IMG/VR virus record: IMGVR_UViG_3300027742_000002
Span: 1-48,910 of that record
Source: a virus
Length of the DNA: 48,910 nt
Direction: 5' to 3' (one strand)
Position 1 is the stretch's first letter; the number at the start of each line of letters is the position of its first letter. The notes beneath the pieces were generated by a model. It was not told where the DNA came from. It was given only the letters and a program-made list of their open reading frames with translations, and did no database searches. Shown in pieces: positions 14,278 through 24,186 of this stretch. Position numbers and translations under genes: made by a program.

Positions 14278-16596
14278 ATGATAGCATTAACATTCGATTT
14301 AGAAACAGAGAACCATATATTAAACAAACGTAAGGCTTCACCATTTGACCCACGGAACTATGTAGTTCAAGCAGGTTGGTCAGTCAATGGTGGACAGCCA
14401 TATGAGCAATATTATACAGCATGGCACAGAGAACCAGTACTACCAGTAGAGATACTACGTAAGATGGGTAAAGGTGATGTATTCATTGGGTTCAACATTA
14501 AGTTTGATAACTTATGGGTATGGGCCGAGCCAGAATTTCAAGCAGCACTAAAGCGTGGAGCTACAATTTATTGTGGACAATACGCGGAGTACTTACTAGG
14601 TGGTCACACACAAGATGTACAAATGTGTGCCATGAACGACATTGCCGAACAATACGGTGGTGGTTGTAAGATTGATGCAGTAAAAGAACTGTGGGAAGAG
14701 GGTTATTTAACTAGCCAAATACCACGAGACCTATTAACCGATTACCTAATAGGCGATGGTAAAGACATCGTAGGTGACGTAACAAACACTTGGAAGATTT
14801 ACGTAGGTCAGATCAAACGTATGAAAGAGGAACATCCACCAGAGTTTCGTAAGATGCTCAAGTTTCGTATGGACGGACTACTAGCAACTTGTGAAATGGA
14901 ATACAACGGTGTGTTCTGCGACAAAGGTATTGGTGAAGAATTAAGAGACGATTTAGTTATCGAATTAGAAAAAGCTACTACAGAACTAGAAGCGTTCATA
15001 CCAGAGTTACCAGAAGAGTTAGCATTCAACTGGAACAGCCCTGTACATAAATCATGCCTAATATTCGGTGGTGTAGCTAAGTACGACAAATGGTTAGCAC
15101 ACACAGATGTAAATGGAAACGTACTATGTTCTAAAAAGACTGTAAAATACCCTGTATTTAATGGTGTAGCAATACCACCAACAGAGTGTTTAAAAGCTGG
15201 TGAATTATATGTAATTGAAGTACCAAAAGACACAGGATTCCAATACAAGGATAAATGGTACAAAGCACAAGATACATTTAAATCGGGTAAACGGGCTGGT
15301 GAAGGTAAGTTTAAGAATACACAAGTTGATGATCTAACCAAACCAAAAGGTGCTAAACAACCTCATTACTTTGAATTCGATGGTTATGTAAAACCAGACC
15401 GTAGATGGGAATCACAGCAGACAGATGCTTACGACAAACCGTTATACCAAACTGGTGCGAAGATAATAGCTAAATTAGCACAGCGTGGATTAAAATTCAC
15501 AGATGCACTAGTAAAACGCACTGGGCTTGATAAAGACTTAGGAACGTATTACTGGAAAGAGGATAAGAAGGGTAAACGAAAAGGGATGCTTACACTAGTT
15601 ACTGATGATGGGATTATTAATCATAAGTTAAACCATACTAGTACAGTAACATCACGATTATCATCGTCAGACCCAAATTTACAAAACGTACCGAGGGGTG
15701 ATACATCAAATGTCAAGAAGATGTTTGTATCAAGATTCGGAGAAGATGGGAAGATGGCTGAGATAGATTATAGCCAACTAGAAGTAGTAGTACAGGGTGT
15801 ACTATCACGTGATCCACAGTTAATGGCAGATTTAAACAACAAGGTTGATTTCCACTGTAAAAGATTAGCAGCGAAATTAGGTGAAGACTACGAACACGTA
15901 TGGAAGATGTGTCACGAAGTAGAAGACACAGAATATAAGAAAGGAAGAACAAACGCTAAGATATTCTCATTCCAACGAGCATACGGAGCAGGTGCAGACA
16001 CCATATCCAATGAAACAGGTATGCCGCGAAGTGAGGTTGACGAGCTTATAGCAGCAGAAGAGAAGTTATACCCTAATGTTGTATCATTCGATAAAGCATT
16101 AGAAGACAGTATTAATAAGAGTAGAATACCAACCGCTAATAAATTATTTATTGATGGTGTTATGTTTACTCAGGGTGAAAGTCATTGGGATAGCCCAACT
16201 GGAACAAGATACATATGGAGGGAAGGAATAACCCCTACATTTCTACACCAGCACGGGAAGTACACAGGATTTAGCCCAACAGAACGGAAGAACTACCCAG
16301 TCCAAGGATTAGGTGGAGAAATAGTACAAACTATGCTCGGCATATTATTCAGACACATGTTAGAAAACGACCGTTACAACGGTGATGTGTTATTAGTAAA
16401 CACAGTACATGATTGCGTTTGGTTAGATGGTAAGAGTGAAGTAATTGAACAAGTAGCACTAAAGGCACAGACTATATTAGAATCCGTACCAGAAGTATTT
16501 AACACAGCGTATCCAGAATTAGAAGTGGAAGTACCATTTCCGTGTGAAACAGAAATAGGATCAGATATGTTCACTATGAGAGGAGTACATGTTTAA
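14278..16596 (+). CDS. Family A DNA polymerase with a 3'-5' exonuclease domain (772 aa)
   Basis: Exo I is FDLETEN. Motif A is IDYSQLEVVV, motif B is RTNAKIFSFQRAYGAG and motif C is VNTVHDCVW. The RBS is GAGGGA. Confidence 0.9.
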   Translation: MIALTFDLETENHILNKRKASPFDPRNYVVQAGWSVNGGQPYEQYYTAWHREPVLPVEILRKMGKGDVFIGFNIKFDNLWVWAEPEFQAALKRGATIYCGQYAEYLLGGHTQDVQMCAMNDIAEQYGGGCKIDAVKELWEEGYLTSQIPRDLLTDYLIGDGKDIVGDVTNTWKIYVGQIKRMKEEHPPEFRKMLKFRMDGLLATCEMEYNGVFCDKGIGEELRDDLVIELEKATTELEAFIPELPEELAFNWNSPVHKSCLIFGGVAKYDKWLAHTDVNGNVLCSKKTVKYPVFNGVAIPPTECLKAGELYVIEVPKDTGFQYKDKWYKAQDTFKSGKRAGEGKFKNTQVDDLTKPKGAKQPHYFEFDGYVKPDRRWESQQTDAYDKPLYQTGAKIIAKLAQRGLKFTDALVKRTGLDKDLGTYYWKEDKKGKRKGMLTLVTDDGIINHKLNHTSTVTSRLSSSDPNLQNVPRGDTSNVKKMFVSRFGEDGKMAEIDYSQLEVVVQGVLSRDPQLMADLNNKVDFHCKRLAAKLGEDYEHVWKMCHEVEDTEYKKGRTNAKIFSFQRAYGAGADTISNETGMPRSEVDELIAAEEKLYPNVVSFDKALEDSINKSRIPTANKLFIDGVMFTQGESHWDSPTGTRYIWREGITPTFLHQHGKYTGFSPTERKNYPVQGLGGEIVQTMLGILFRHMLENDRYNGDVLLVNTVHDCVWLDGKSEVIEQVALKAQTILESVPEVFNTAYPELEVEVPFPCETEIGSDMFTMRGVHV

Positions 16597-16798
16597 GAAA
16601 GGCGAGATACTTATATGTGTAGGAGACCGAGATATTCATCAGTTGACTGCGGGTAAAGAGTATACAGCATTAGACGACGAGCAATATGGGATAGTCCCAG
16701 GACGACATTATATTACAGTAGAAAGTGATGATGGTAAATTAAACTGCCACGCATCACGTTTTATAAGCAAAATTAACAAGCAAACAACAACAAACTAG
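16589..16798 (+). CDS. Hypothetical protein (69 aa)
   Basis: The ORF overlaps the end of the polymerase gene. Confidence 0.55.
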   Translation: MFKKGEILICVGDRDIHQLTAGKEYTALDDEQYGIVPGRHYITVESDDGKLNCHASRFISKINKQTTTN

Positions 16799-16807
16799 AG
16801 AAGAACA

Positions 16808-17656
16808 ATGGATTACAGTAAATTAGGAACAGCAGCCTCACAATCTGAGGACATGACACAGAACAAAACATTCGAGCGCGAACTACCTCGTGCTGGCGTA
16901 GCACTACTACGACTACGTGATTACATCGAAACAGGTAGACACGAATCAAAGAACCCACAATATAAGCCAGCATTAAAAGCTATGCTTGTATTCGAGCTGA
17001 ACCATCCAGATCATATGATCGATATTGATGGTAAGAAAGTACCAGCGATCATTACAATCCGTATGAATAAAGGCGCAACAAGTGCTTCTGGATTTAAAAA
17101 GCTATTCAACGTAATGAATCTAGCTCATGGTGGACAGTTCCACCACTTCGTACAGATGATTGGCCTACCATTCTTAGGTGAGATATATCACAATACATCG
17201 GGTGAAGGTGCTAAGAAGAAGACTTACGCCAACCTAGACCTTGCTGGAGCATGGTCATTGAAAGCACCAGTACAAATTGATGCTCTCACAAACAATCAAA
17301 CACCAATACCAGTAGCAGAGCTGGATGGTACACCAAAAGTGTTCCTTTGGGAGAACGGGTCATTAGAAGACGATGATGTAATATCAATGTGGGAATCGAT
17401 CTTTATCGATGGTGAACGGGAAGTAGAAGACCCTAAAACCAAAGAGAAGAAGATGGTATCCAAGAACTGGATTCAAGAACTCATTATGAAGAACATTGAA
17501 TGGGAAGGTTCTACAACACAAGCTCTAACACAAGAGCACATCACATTAGAAGAACATGAGGAAGATGGTGAAGGAACCGATCCTGCTCTTAGTGATTTGG
17601 CCGGAGCCGCCGCTGGAGACCCGTCAGACGACGATGTACCTAGCCTAGACGATTAG
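16808..17656 (+). CDS. Putative ssDNA-binding protein with an acidic C-terminal tail (282 aa)
   Basis: It lies between the DNA polymerase and exonuclease genes. The C-terminal tail is very acidic (DPSDDDVPSLDD), as in T7 gp2.5-type SSBs. I recognised no diagnostic motif. Confidence 0.4.
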   Translation: MDYSKLGTAASQSEDMTQNKTFERELPRAGVALLRLRDYIETGRHESKNPQYKPALKAMLVFELNHPDHMIDIDGKKVPAIITIRMNKGATSASGFKKLFNVMNLAHGGQFHHFVQMIGLPFLGEIYHNTSGEGAKKKTYANLDLAGAWSLKAPVQIDALTNNQTPIPVAELDGTPKVFLWENGSLEDDDVISMWESIFIDGEREVEDPKTKEKKMVSKNWIQELIMKNIEWEGSTTQALTQEHITLEEHEEDGEGTDPALSDLAGAAAGDPSDDDVPSLDD

Positions 17657-17663
17657 TACGGAT

Positions 17664-17681
17664 GGGTGGTGAAAGCCGCCC
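17664..17681 (+). terminator. Hairpin GGGUGG-UGAAAG-CCGCCC after the SSB-like gene, with no U-tract
   Basis: A 6-bp stem with one G-U pair was read directly in the 57-bp gap. Confidence 0.3.
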
Positions 17682-17713
17682 TGTCCTACCACAGAAGATG
17701 AGAAGGAATTATT

Positions 17714-18712
17714 ATGGACTTTAAGAAATTAGGCGAAACCGCCGCAAAATCAGAAACAATAACACGACCAGTAGTACAAGACCGTGTACTACAATACGAT
17801 ACAGACTTCGCATGTTATGAAGTATCAGACTTAGACGAAACAACAGCACAAAGTTTTAAACGCTTACTAGATCATATTGAAATGAAACGAGTGATAGCTG
17901 GCGCAGAGTTTGTTAATGCACATATAACATTAGGTACTAAATCAGGCCGAGAGGATATGGCATCATTAAAGCCATACCAAGATAACCGTGATCCAGATGC
18001 ACCTATTAAAGTACGTGTACGAGAACTACGCCATATGTTAGCAAATAGTGGTTCAACAACCATAATGGCACCAGTGTTCAATCTGCATTATGAAGCAGAT
18101 GATATGATGGTTAAATACCAACATGAGCGTATAGAGAAACACGGTGTAAAATCATCAGTAATTATGTCTGGTGATAAAGATTTATGGATGGGTCAAGGAT
18201 ACCACTGTGATCCTAAAACCGGACGATTATATCTCATAGATGGTTTCGGCCATACAGAGTATAGAGAAGTAGGTAATGTTAAACCAAAACTAGTAGGTGA
18301 AGGTTACTCATGGTTTTGGCACCAAATGATTCTAGGTGACACAGCAGACAACATCCCAGGATTAGAAAAGATTAGTAACTTCATGTTAGATAAATATCTA
18401 CCACTAAAATCAGGTAAAGCACGTAAGAATGGTGCAGTATCATGTGGTGAAGCTAAAGCATATACAGTACTGAAAGGTGTAACAACTGATCAGGAAGCAG
18501 CACAGCGTACTTACGAGTTGTACTGGGAGTACTATGGTGCTATGGCATCTGAAAGGATGATTGAGCAAGCATACCTATTATGGATGCAACGTACTGACGA
18601 TCCGTGGGATATATTAAAATACCTACACGAAACATGTGGTCTAAAGATAAACCCGTCTAAAAGACAGTTAGAAATAGTAGAGGAGTTTAGATCGATATGT
18701 CAAACATCTTAG
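17714..18712 (+). CDS. 5'-3' exonuclease / flap endonuclease (T7 gp6-like), 332 aa
   Basis: The FEN/53EXO motifs MSGDKDLW and ILGDTADNIPGL are present. Confidence 0.85.
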   Translation: MDFKKLGETAAKSETITRPVVQDRVLQYDTDFACYEVSDLDETTAQSFKRLLDHIEMKRVIAGAEFVNAHITLGTKSGREDMASLKPYQDNRDPDAPIKVRVRELRHMLANSGSTTIMAPVFNLHYEADDMMVKYQHERIEKHGVKSSVIMSGDKDLWMGQGYHCDPKTGRLYLIDGFGHTEYREVGNVKPKLVGEGYSWFWHQMILGDTADNIPGLEKISNFMLDKYLPLKSGKARKNGAVSCGEAKAYTVLKGVTTDQEAAQRTYELYWEYYGAMASERMIEQAYLLWMQRTDDPWDILKYLHETCGLKINPSKRQLEIVEEFRSICQTS

Positions 18713-19044
18713 ATAATATTGAAGCGGTAGCTACACAAGAACGTAGAGCACGAAGGAACACATTACCATCATTTGTATCTGTGGAAGAGAACAGAAGTGA
18801 ACGATTCACTTACCCAGAGAGCGTAGTATATGATGTTAGAGTTAAGATAGGTCACAGAGTAGCATGTGATAATGCGGAACATTTAGCTATAGCTAAGGAA
18901 AACGTACGAAAAGGATTCTCTAATTATATATTTGGAGAACAGATAGGATTGGTAACAGAACTACAAATACTACTACACGAGCACGGTTACAACGATAGGG
19001 TTATAACGGAAGCTATTGACAAAATCGTGAGGTCGATGAAATGA
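18697..19044 (+). CDS. Hypothetical protein (115 aa)
   Basis: The ORF overlaps the end of the exonuclease gene. Confidence 0.55.
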   Translation: MSNILDNIEAVATQERRARRNTLPSFVSVEENRSERFTYPESVVYDVRVKIGHRVACDNAEHLAIAKENVRKGFSNYIFGEQIGLVTELQILLHEHGYNDRVITEAIDKIVRSMK

Positions 19045-19286
19045 GATTCATAATACCGATAAACGAAGCATCAGAAGACGAGAGTCAAACTCTGCATATT
19101 GTAGAAACAGACTCCAACTGTGCTCGTACAAACAAAAAGAAGTTAACAGAATACTTTATAGCTGTGGGAGTACCACGACCTAGAGTTAAATACGTAATGA
19201 AGTCGATGGGCTTCTGGGGAGACGCACTAGGAGGCCAACATGAGTCAGAACATAAAACCACAGAAAGCATTACACCTATTCACTGA
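19041..19286 (+). CDS. Hypothetical protein (81 aa)
   Basis: ATGA coupling links it upstream. It overlaps the ligase start by 47 nt. Confidence 0.5.
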   Translation: MRFIIPINEASEDESQTLHIVETDSNCARTNKKKLTEYFIAVGVPRPRVKYVMKSMGFWGDALGGQHESEHKTTESITPIH

Positions 19287-20109
19287 GGCCGACAAAAAGA
19301 AGCCAAAGTTTGTAGGACACAACTACATGATGTTCGAGAAGCATGACGGTTGGTACGGTTACTTAGACTTCCCATCATGTAAAATACACTCAAGAGCAAT
19401 GCGTGAGATACCATCATTGGTGGAATTATCTAACTCAATCCGTGAGAAACGACCACAAGTAAAAGGTCGACTAATATTCGAGATAATGATTGAGGGTTTA
19501 GAGATAGATTCATTCTCAGAACTTAACGGAATACTTAACCGTAAGTACGAACAGGTAGATGATGTTTACCTACGTGTACATGACTTCATCTTCGAGTGGA
19601 AGTTTGAAATGCCAGCCACTAAGAGATTCGGATTTGCTCAGGAAATAGTCAGAAGAATAGACTCTCCTAGCGTTCGTATCAGCCCACTGCTGGGACACGC
19701 TAATCACCCTGACCTATGGCAGTCGGAAGCAGAAAGTATCTGGCAGCGAGGTGGTGAGGGACTAATTTTAAAGCGTGTAGATAGTGTTTATATGCCGGAG
19801 AAACGGAACTTCGACCTTATGAAAATTAAGGAAGAACTAACACTTGACTTACAAGTAGTAGGTATGTTTGAAGGTGAGGGTAAGTACACAGGAACACTAG
19901 GTGGATTAATAGTACTAGATAGTGCAGGTAACAAACATCGTGTATCAGGTATGACTGATGCACAACGACACGAATGGTGGAATAACGAAGACGTAATACT
20001 AGATAAGGTTGTTGAAGTGAAAGCAATGAAACGACTTAAAGATGGTAGTCTACGGGAACCACGTTTTAAATCAATTCGATTTGATAAACGTGTGGAGGAT
20101 ATAGATTAA
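19240..20109 (+). CDS. ATP-dependent DNA ligase (289 aa)
   Basis: Motif I is FEKHDGWYG (KxDG), motif IV is GEGLILK and motif V is LMKIK. The RBS is AGGAGG. Confidence 0.85.
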   Translation: MSQNIKPQKALHLFTEADKKKPKFVGHNYMMFEKHDGWYGYLDFPSCKIHSRAMREIPSLVELSNSIREKRPQVKGRLIFEIMIEGLEIDSFSELNGILNRKYEQVDDVYLRVHDFIFEWKFEMPATKRFGFAQEIVRRIDSPSVRISPLLGHANHPDLWQSEAESIWQRGGEGLILKRVDSVYMPEKRNFDLMKIKEELTLDLQVVGMFEGEGKYTGTLGGLIVLDSAGNKHRVSGMTDAQRHEWWNNEDVILDKVVEVKAMKRLKDGSLREPRFKSIRFDKRVEDID

Positions 20110-20261
20110 TGATAATACACATACGTAAACAAGGTATACATAAATGGTTCGCATGGTATCCAGTAAAATTAGATAAATATAGATACGCGTGGTTGACCGT
20201 AGTGAATAGAGAGTTTTGTGCTGCATCATTACTATATAAGTATACAGAAGGTGTAAAGTAA
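20109..20261 (+). CDS. Small ORF absent from the track (50 aa: MIIHIRKQGIHKWFAWYPVKLDKYRYAWLTVVNREFCAASLLYKYTEGVK)
   Basis: I translated it by hand. TAATG overlaps at both ends (ligase stop and next start) exactly fill what would otherwise be a 150-bp gap. An aromatic WFAWYPV segment is present. Confidence 0.5.
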   Translation: MIIHIRKQGIHKWFAWYPVKLDKYRYAWLTVVNREFCAASLLYKYTEGVK

Positions 20262-20473
20262 TGGAAACTACAATAACAGGAAGAACACGCCATAGGCTAC
20301 AAAAACGGTTCATGGATACTACACTACTGGTACTACAGATAGAGAAAAGAACGCTAGGAGTAGACTATTCTCAAGATGTAGCCGGTGGTATCGGGAAAGA
20401 CATAGACTCAATTTCATGGTACGACGCTACCATAGAAGACTTACAAGAATTAAAAGGTATAGAAATTGATTAA
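20261..20473 (+). CDS. Hypothetical protein (70 aa)
   Basis: The ORF is coupled to its neighbours. Confidence 0.55.
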   Translation: METTITGRTRHRLQKRFMDTTLLVLQIEKRTLGVDYSQDVAGGIGKDIDSISWYDATIEDLQELKGIEID

Positions 20474-20852
20474 ACAACTTAAATCAAACCAAGTTGCCAG
20501 TGTACTTGATCAATTGGTTAAGAGACAAGGTAACAAATGTGCGATTTGTGGTAAGCCTTTTACAAAAGTGGATAAGCCAGTGTTAGACCATTGTCATTAC
20601 ACTGGTTTCATACGCGAAGCGGTACATAACTCTTGTAATGGGGCAGAGGGTAGAGTCAAGACAAAAGCACAACTAGGTCATAAAGGAGTACATGCGTATG
20701 ATTACCTTATTGGACTAGGTGAGTATTTAAGTAAGCACTCAAAACCACAAATAAATTTAATTCACCCAACGCATATGACACCAGAACAGAAGCGTATACA
20801 GAGAAACGCTAAGGCTCGTGCAGTACGTGCTAAGAAAAAGGTAAAACAGTAA
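20466..20852 (+). CDS. Endonuclease VII-type Holliday junction resolvase (128 aa, TTG start)
   Basis: CAICGKP...LDHCHYTGFIREAVHNSCNGAEGRV matches the T4 endonuclease VII zinc/H-N-H pattern. No in-frame ATG lies upstream of the motif. Confidence 0.8.
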   Translation: MIKQLKSNQVASVLDQLVKRQGNKCAICGKPFTKVDKPVLDHCHYTGFIREAVHNSCNGAEGRVKTKAQLGHKGVHAYDYLIGLGEYLSKHSKPQINLIHPTHMTPEQKRIQRNAKARAVRAKKKVKQ

Positions 20853-21070
20853 TGAGTAATAGATTAAAATGTATTAGTAGTAAAGAAGTACTAGCAGTAC
20901 CTATGACTTATGGAGAATATTACATATACCGTGGTTATAGTCTACTGGAAGGAGAACATGCAGAACAAAAGGGATATTTAATGATACATGACAGAGAGAC
21001 AAAAGATCATCGTGAATATTGGAAAACTGAGTCTCAATTTAAAGACGAGTACACAGTGATAGGAGAATAA
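20852..21070 (+). CDS. Hypothetical protein (72 aa)
   Basis: The ORF is coupled to its neighbours (TAATG). Confidence 0.55.
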   Translation: MSNRLKCISSKEVLAVPMTYGEYYIYRGYSLLEGEHAEQKGYLMIHDRETKDHREYWKTESQFKDEYTVIGE

Positions 21071-21071
21071 A

Positions 21072-23465
21072 ATGAACTTGAGTCAGCAAGTCGAGTGGGA
21101 AAAGGAATGTCAACGCCGTGGATCAGAACGATACTACGCAAACCAAGACAGACTTAGAGAAAAGAATCAGGGAGACACAACAGATGTTATGTCTTACCTT
21201 ATTAAAGATAGACTAGAGGACTCAGCAGACTACTTAGAAGATTTAGTTAAAAGTGGTTCTCGTGGAAGAGCAGCAAGCTACAACACTATTATTAGGAGTG
21301 TAGCCCAAGACGACTACTTGAAGATAGCGTACATAGGCTTAAAGGCAGTACTCAAAGCTATTCAAGTTCGTGAGAAGAATACTGTATTAAAAGTGACATT
21401 AGATATTGCAGCACGTATAGAAGCTGATATGAAATGTCAAATGTTTGAAGCAGCACATCCAGAATACTATGATACTGTAAGACGATCATTCGCAGAACAG
21501 AATGTTACAGATTACGCACACAAACATAAAGTATTAATGAAGAAGTTTGGTGACTTTGAAATAGAATGGTATGACTGGTCTCCAACCGAGAAGGTTCAGA
21601 TAGGTGTAAGGATTCTACGAGCGATACTAAATGTATTTGGAGACATAATCTTCATGTATACAGAACGTAGCCGTGGTAAGACTACTAATAAGTTAGACAC
21701 AACAGTACAGTTTGATGAATGGGCAGCAGAATTCGAGAAAGAACGAGGGTTACTAAACCCAACATACCTGCCATTAAAAGTACCACCAAGACCGTGGACT
21801 TCATTAACAGAGGGTGGATACCATACACCACACCTACGACTAAGGTTTGTGAAAACTAAAGGTAACGATCATAAAGAATTCGTAGAACAACACATACCAC
21901 ACAAGCACATTAGAGCAGTTAACAAGATGCAACGTACAGCGTGGCAAATTAATGACACTGTGTTAAAAGTACAAGAAGAGATATATCACAAAGGGTTAGG
22001 TATAGGGATGCCATCCAAGGAAAGGATAGAACCACCCACATTCCCAGAGCATCTAAAGTCTATTGACAAAGACGATCTAACAGACGATCAAAAAGATGAG
22101 ATTAGAAATTGGAAGATAATAGCCAAACGGTGTTACGGAAGAGAGCAACAACGTAAAGGTCAAGTATTAGCATTCATCCAAGGTCACAAGTTAGCTAAGG
22201 AGCTAAGAGATTGGGAACGGTTGTACTTCGCATATACATGTGACTTCCGAGGACGTATATATTGTGCGACATCAGGACTATCACCACAGGGAGCAGACAC
22301 AGCAAAAGGTCTGTTAAGATTCGCAAAGTCTGTAGTGTTAGGTAAAGATGGAGTCAAGTGGTTAGCCATACATGGAGCTAACACATTTGGTGAAGACAAG
22401 TTGACATATAAAGATAGAGTAAATTGGATCAACGAACACGAACCATATATAAAACAGGTAGTATCAGACCCAATATCACACCGTGACTTCTGGGGTAGTG
22501 CAGACAAACCATACCAGTTTCTAGCATTCTGTTTCGAGTGGGCTAATTGTGATTATGGTAGAGACCACAACGCAACAGGACAATTACCAGTTGGATTAGA
22601 TGGTAGTTGTAATGGACTGCAACATTTCTCAGCAATGTTACGAGACGAAGTAGGAGCAGCCGCTACAAACTTAATGCCTTGTAGTACTCCAGAGGATATA
22701 TATCAACAAGTTGCAGATGTAACCACAGAGAAGCTAAAAGAGATAGACGACCCAAGAGCTGAAAAGTGGTTGAAAGTTGGTGTAGCAAGAAGTTGTGCTA
22801 AACGACCAGTAATGACTCTCCCGTATGGAGCAACACAGCAATCAGCACGTACTTATATTATGGAGTATGTGATGGACAACTGGAGTAAGTTTGAACTAGA
22901 TGAATCACACCAATGGGACTTCGCACGATTCTTAACACCTATACTATGGGAATCAATTAGTGAAGTAGTAATAGCAGCGCGAGAAGGTATGGACTGGTTA
23001 CAGAAGAACTCAGGAAGAGACTACGCTAAATGGTTAACACCATTGGATTTCCCAGTATACCAGTACTATAAGAAAGTGGATGCAACCAGAGTAGTAACAC
23101 AGCTAGACGGTAAAGTAGAGATATGGTTACGGGACTTCAACAGAGAAGGAGAACCCGCGTATAGTAAACAACGTAACGGGATAGCTCCAAACTTTGTACA
23201 CAGTATAGACAGTACACATATGGTAATGACTATTAATGGTACAGATGTAGACAGTTACGCAATGATACATGACGACTTTGGAACACATGCAGGAAACACA
23301 GAAAGACTATTTAAAGCTATCCGTAAGTCTTTCTTAATACTGTATAAGAACCATAACCCAATGCGAGAATGGGCTGAACAAATGGGTGTAGACGTAATGA
23401 CTATGCCAAAAGAAGGGTCATATAATATCGAGAACATCGAGAAAGCAGACTTTTTCTTTGGGTAA
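21072..23465 (+). CDS. Single-subunit T7-type DNA-directed RNA polymerase, copy 2 (797 aa, phiKMV-like position)
   Basis: The motifs are LDGSCNGLQHFSAMLRDEVG (Asp at about aa 510), ARSCAKRPVMTLPYGAT, FPVYQYYKK...GIAPNFVHSIDSTHMV and MIHDDFGTH. The C-terminus is ...ADFFFG. Confidence 0.92.
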   Translation: MNLSQQVEWEKECQRRGSERYYANQDRLREKNQGDTTDVMSYLIKDRLEDSADYLEDLVKSGSRGRAASYNTIIRSVAQDDYLKIAYIGLKAVLKAIQVREKNTVLKVTLDIAARIEADMKCQMFEAAHPEYYDTVRRSFAEQNVTDYAHKHKVLMKKFGDFEIEWYDWSPTEKVQIGVRILRAILNVFGDIIFMYTERSRGKTTNKLDTTVQFDEWAAEFEKERGLLNPTYLPLKVPPRPWTSLTEGGYHTPHLRLRFVKTKGNDHKEFVEQHIPHKHIRAVNKMQRTAWQINDTVLKVQEEIYHKGLGIGMPSKERIEPPTFPEHLKSIDKDDLTDDQKDEIRNWKIIAKRCYGREQQRKGQVLAFIQGHKLAKELRDWERLYFAYTCDFRGRIYCATSGLSPQGADTAKGLLRFAKSVVLGKDGVKWLAIHGANTFGEDKLTYKDRVNWINEHEPYIKQVVSDPISHRDFWGSADKPYQFLAFCFEWANCDYGRDHNATGQLPVGLDGSCNGLQHFSAMLRDEVGAAATNLMPCSTPEDIYQQVADVTTEKLKEIDDPRAEKWLKVGVARSCAKRPVMTLPYGATQQSARTYIMEYVMDNWSKFELDESHQWDFARFLTPILWESISEVVIAAREGMDWLQKNSGRDYAKWLTPLDFPVYQYYKKVDATRVVTQLDGKVEIWLRDFNREGEPAYSKQRNGIAPNFVHSIDSTHMVMTINGTDVDSYAMIHDDFGTHAGNTERLFKAIRKSFLILYKNHNPMREWAEQMGVDVMTMPKEGSYNIENIEKADFFFG

Positions 23466-23491
23466 GAGTGTAGCTAATAAGGATTAAAATT

Positions 23492-23965
23492 ATGGAATTA
23501 GTATTAACAGAGAGCAACTGGGTCAGTATGAGCCGACAAGAACGACGTGATACACTCATGGAGTTTGAGAGAGCATGTAAAGAGCAGGAGCCAGAACATG
23601 GGGTACATATAGAACCGAAGCATATTCACTGTGAAGGTGTATACGCACGGGAAATAATAATACCAGCAGGAACGTCATTAGTAGGTGAAATACACTTACA
23701 TGATCAAATTAACATAATTTCACAAGGGATAATCAAAGTAGCTACAGAAGAAGGTCTACGAGAGATTAAAGCCCCATGTACATTCATAAGCCCTGCTGGT
23801 ACTAAACGAGCTGGATTCGCTGTAACTGATACTGTTTGGACAGTGTTCCATGCGACTACATCTACTGACCAACAGGAAATTAAAAAGGAATTCATAGCAC
23901 CAAATTATGAATCCTTAGACAACCATTTGGAGAAACAACAATGTCTTGGGTTGCAACCGCAGTAG
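23492..23965 (+). CDS. Hypothetical protein (157 aa), possibly a beta-barrel or cupin-like fold
   Basis: This is the first gene after RNAP2. The His-rich strand pattern HIHCEGVY...GEIHLHDQINIISQG is only weakly suggestive. Confidence 0.5.
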   Translation: MELVLTESNWVSMSRQERRDTLMEFERACKEQEPEHGVHIEPKHIHCEGVYAREIIIPAGTSLVGEIHLHDQINIISQGIIKVATEEGLREIKAPCTFISPAGTKRAGFAVTDTVWTVFHATTSTDQQEIKKEFIAPNYESLDNHLEKQQCLGLQPQ

Positions 23966-24177
23966 TAGCAGGCACAACATTATACACTGCTGATAGAAGT
24001 AGAAAAGCGCAAAAGAAAGCGCGACGAGAACAATTAGCAGACCAGAAGCAAGCACGGAAAGCAGAAGTGTTTGCGGAAACAGAGGGGAAAGGTACTGGCC
24101 AACTAGGGCAGATAAGCCTAGAGGTAGATGATGAATTAGATGAAGATGAAGAAGTATCATCTAACATAAGCATCTGA
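23941..24177 (+). CDS. Small protein with a hydrophobic N-terminus, basic centre and acidic C-terminus (78 aa)
   Basis: It lies directly upstream of the portal gene, where T7-like phages carry small virion proteins. The sequence is MSWVATAVVAGTTLY...DDELDEDEE. Confidence 0.5.
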   Translation: MSWVATAVVAGTTLYTADRSRKAQKKARREQLADQKQARKAEVFAETEGKGTGQLGQISLEVDDELDEDEEVSSNISI

Positions 24178-24186
24178 GGAATCATT

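Noticed and set aside
200-20250. ACTATA-containing sequences (about 210, 6440 and 20230) as T7-like promoter cores
   Set aside because: Only a 6-mer is shared and the flanks do not align. A hexamer is expected by chance more than 20 times in 49 kb on both strands.
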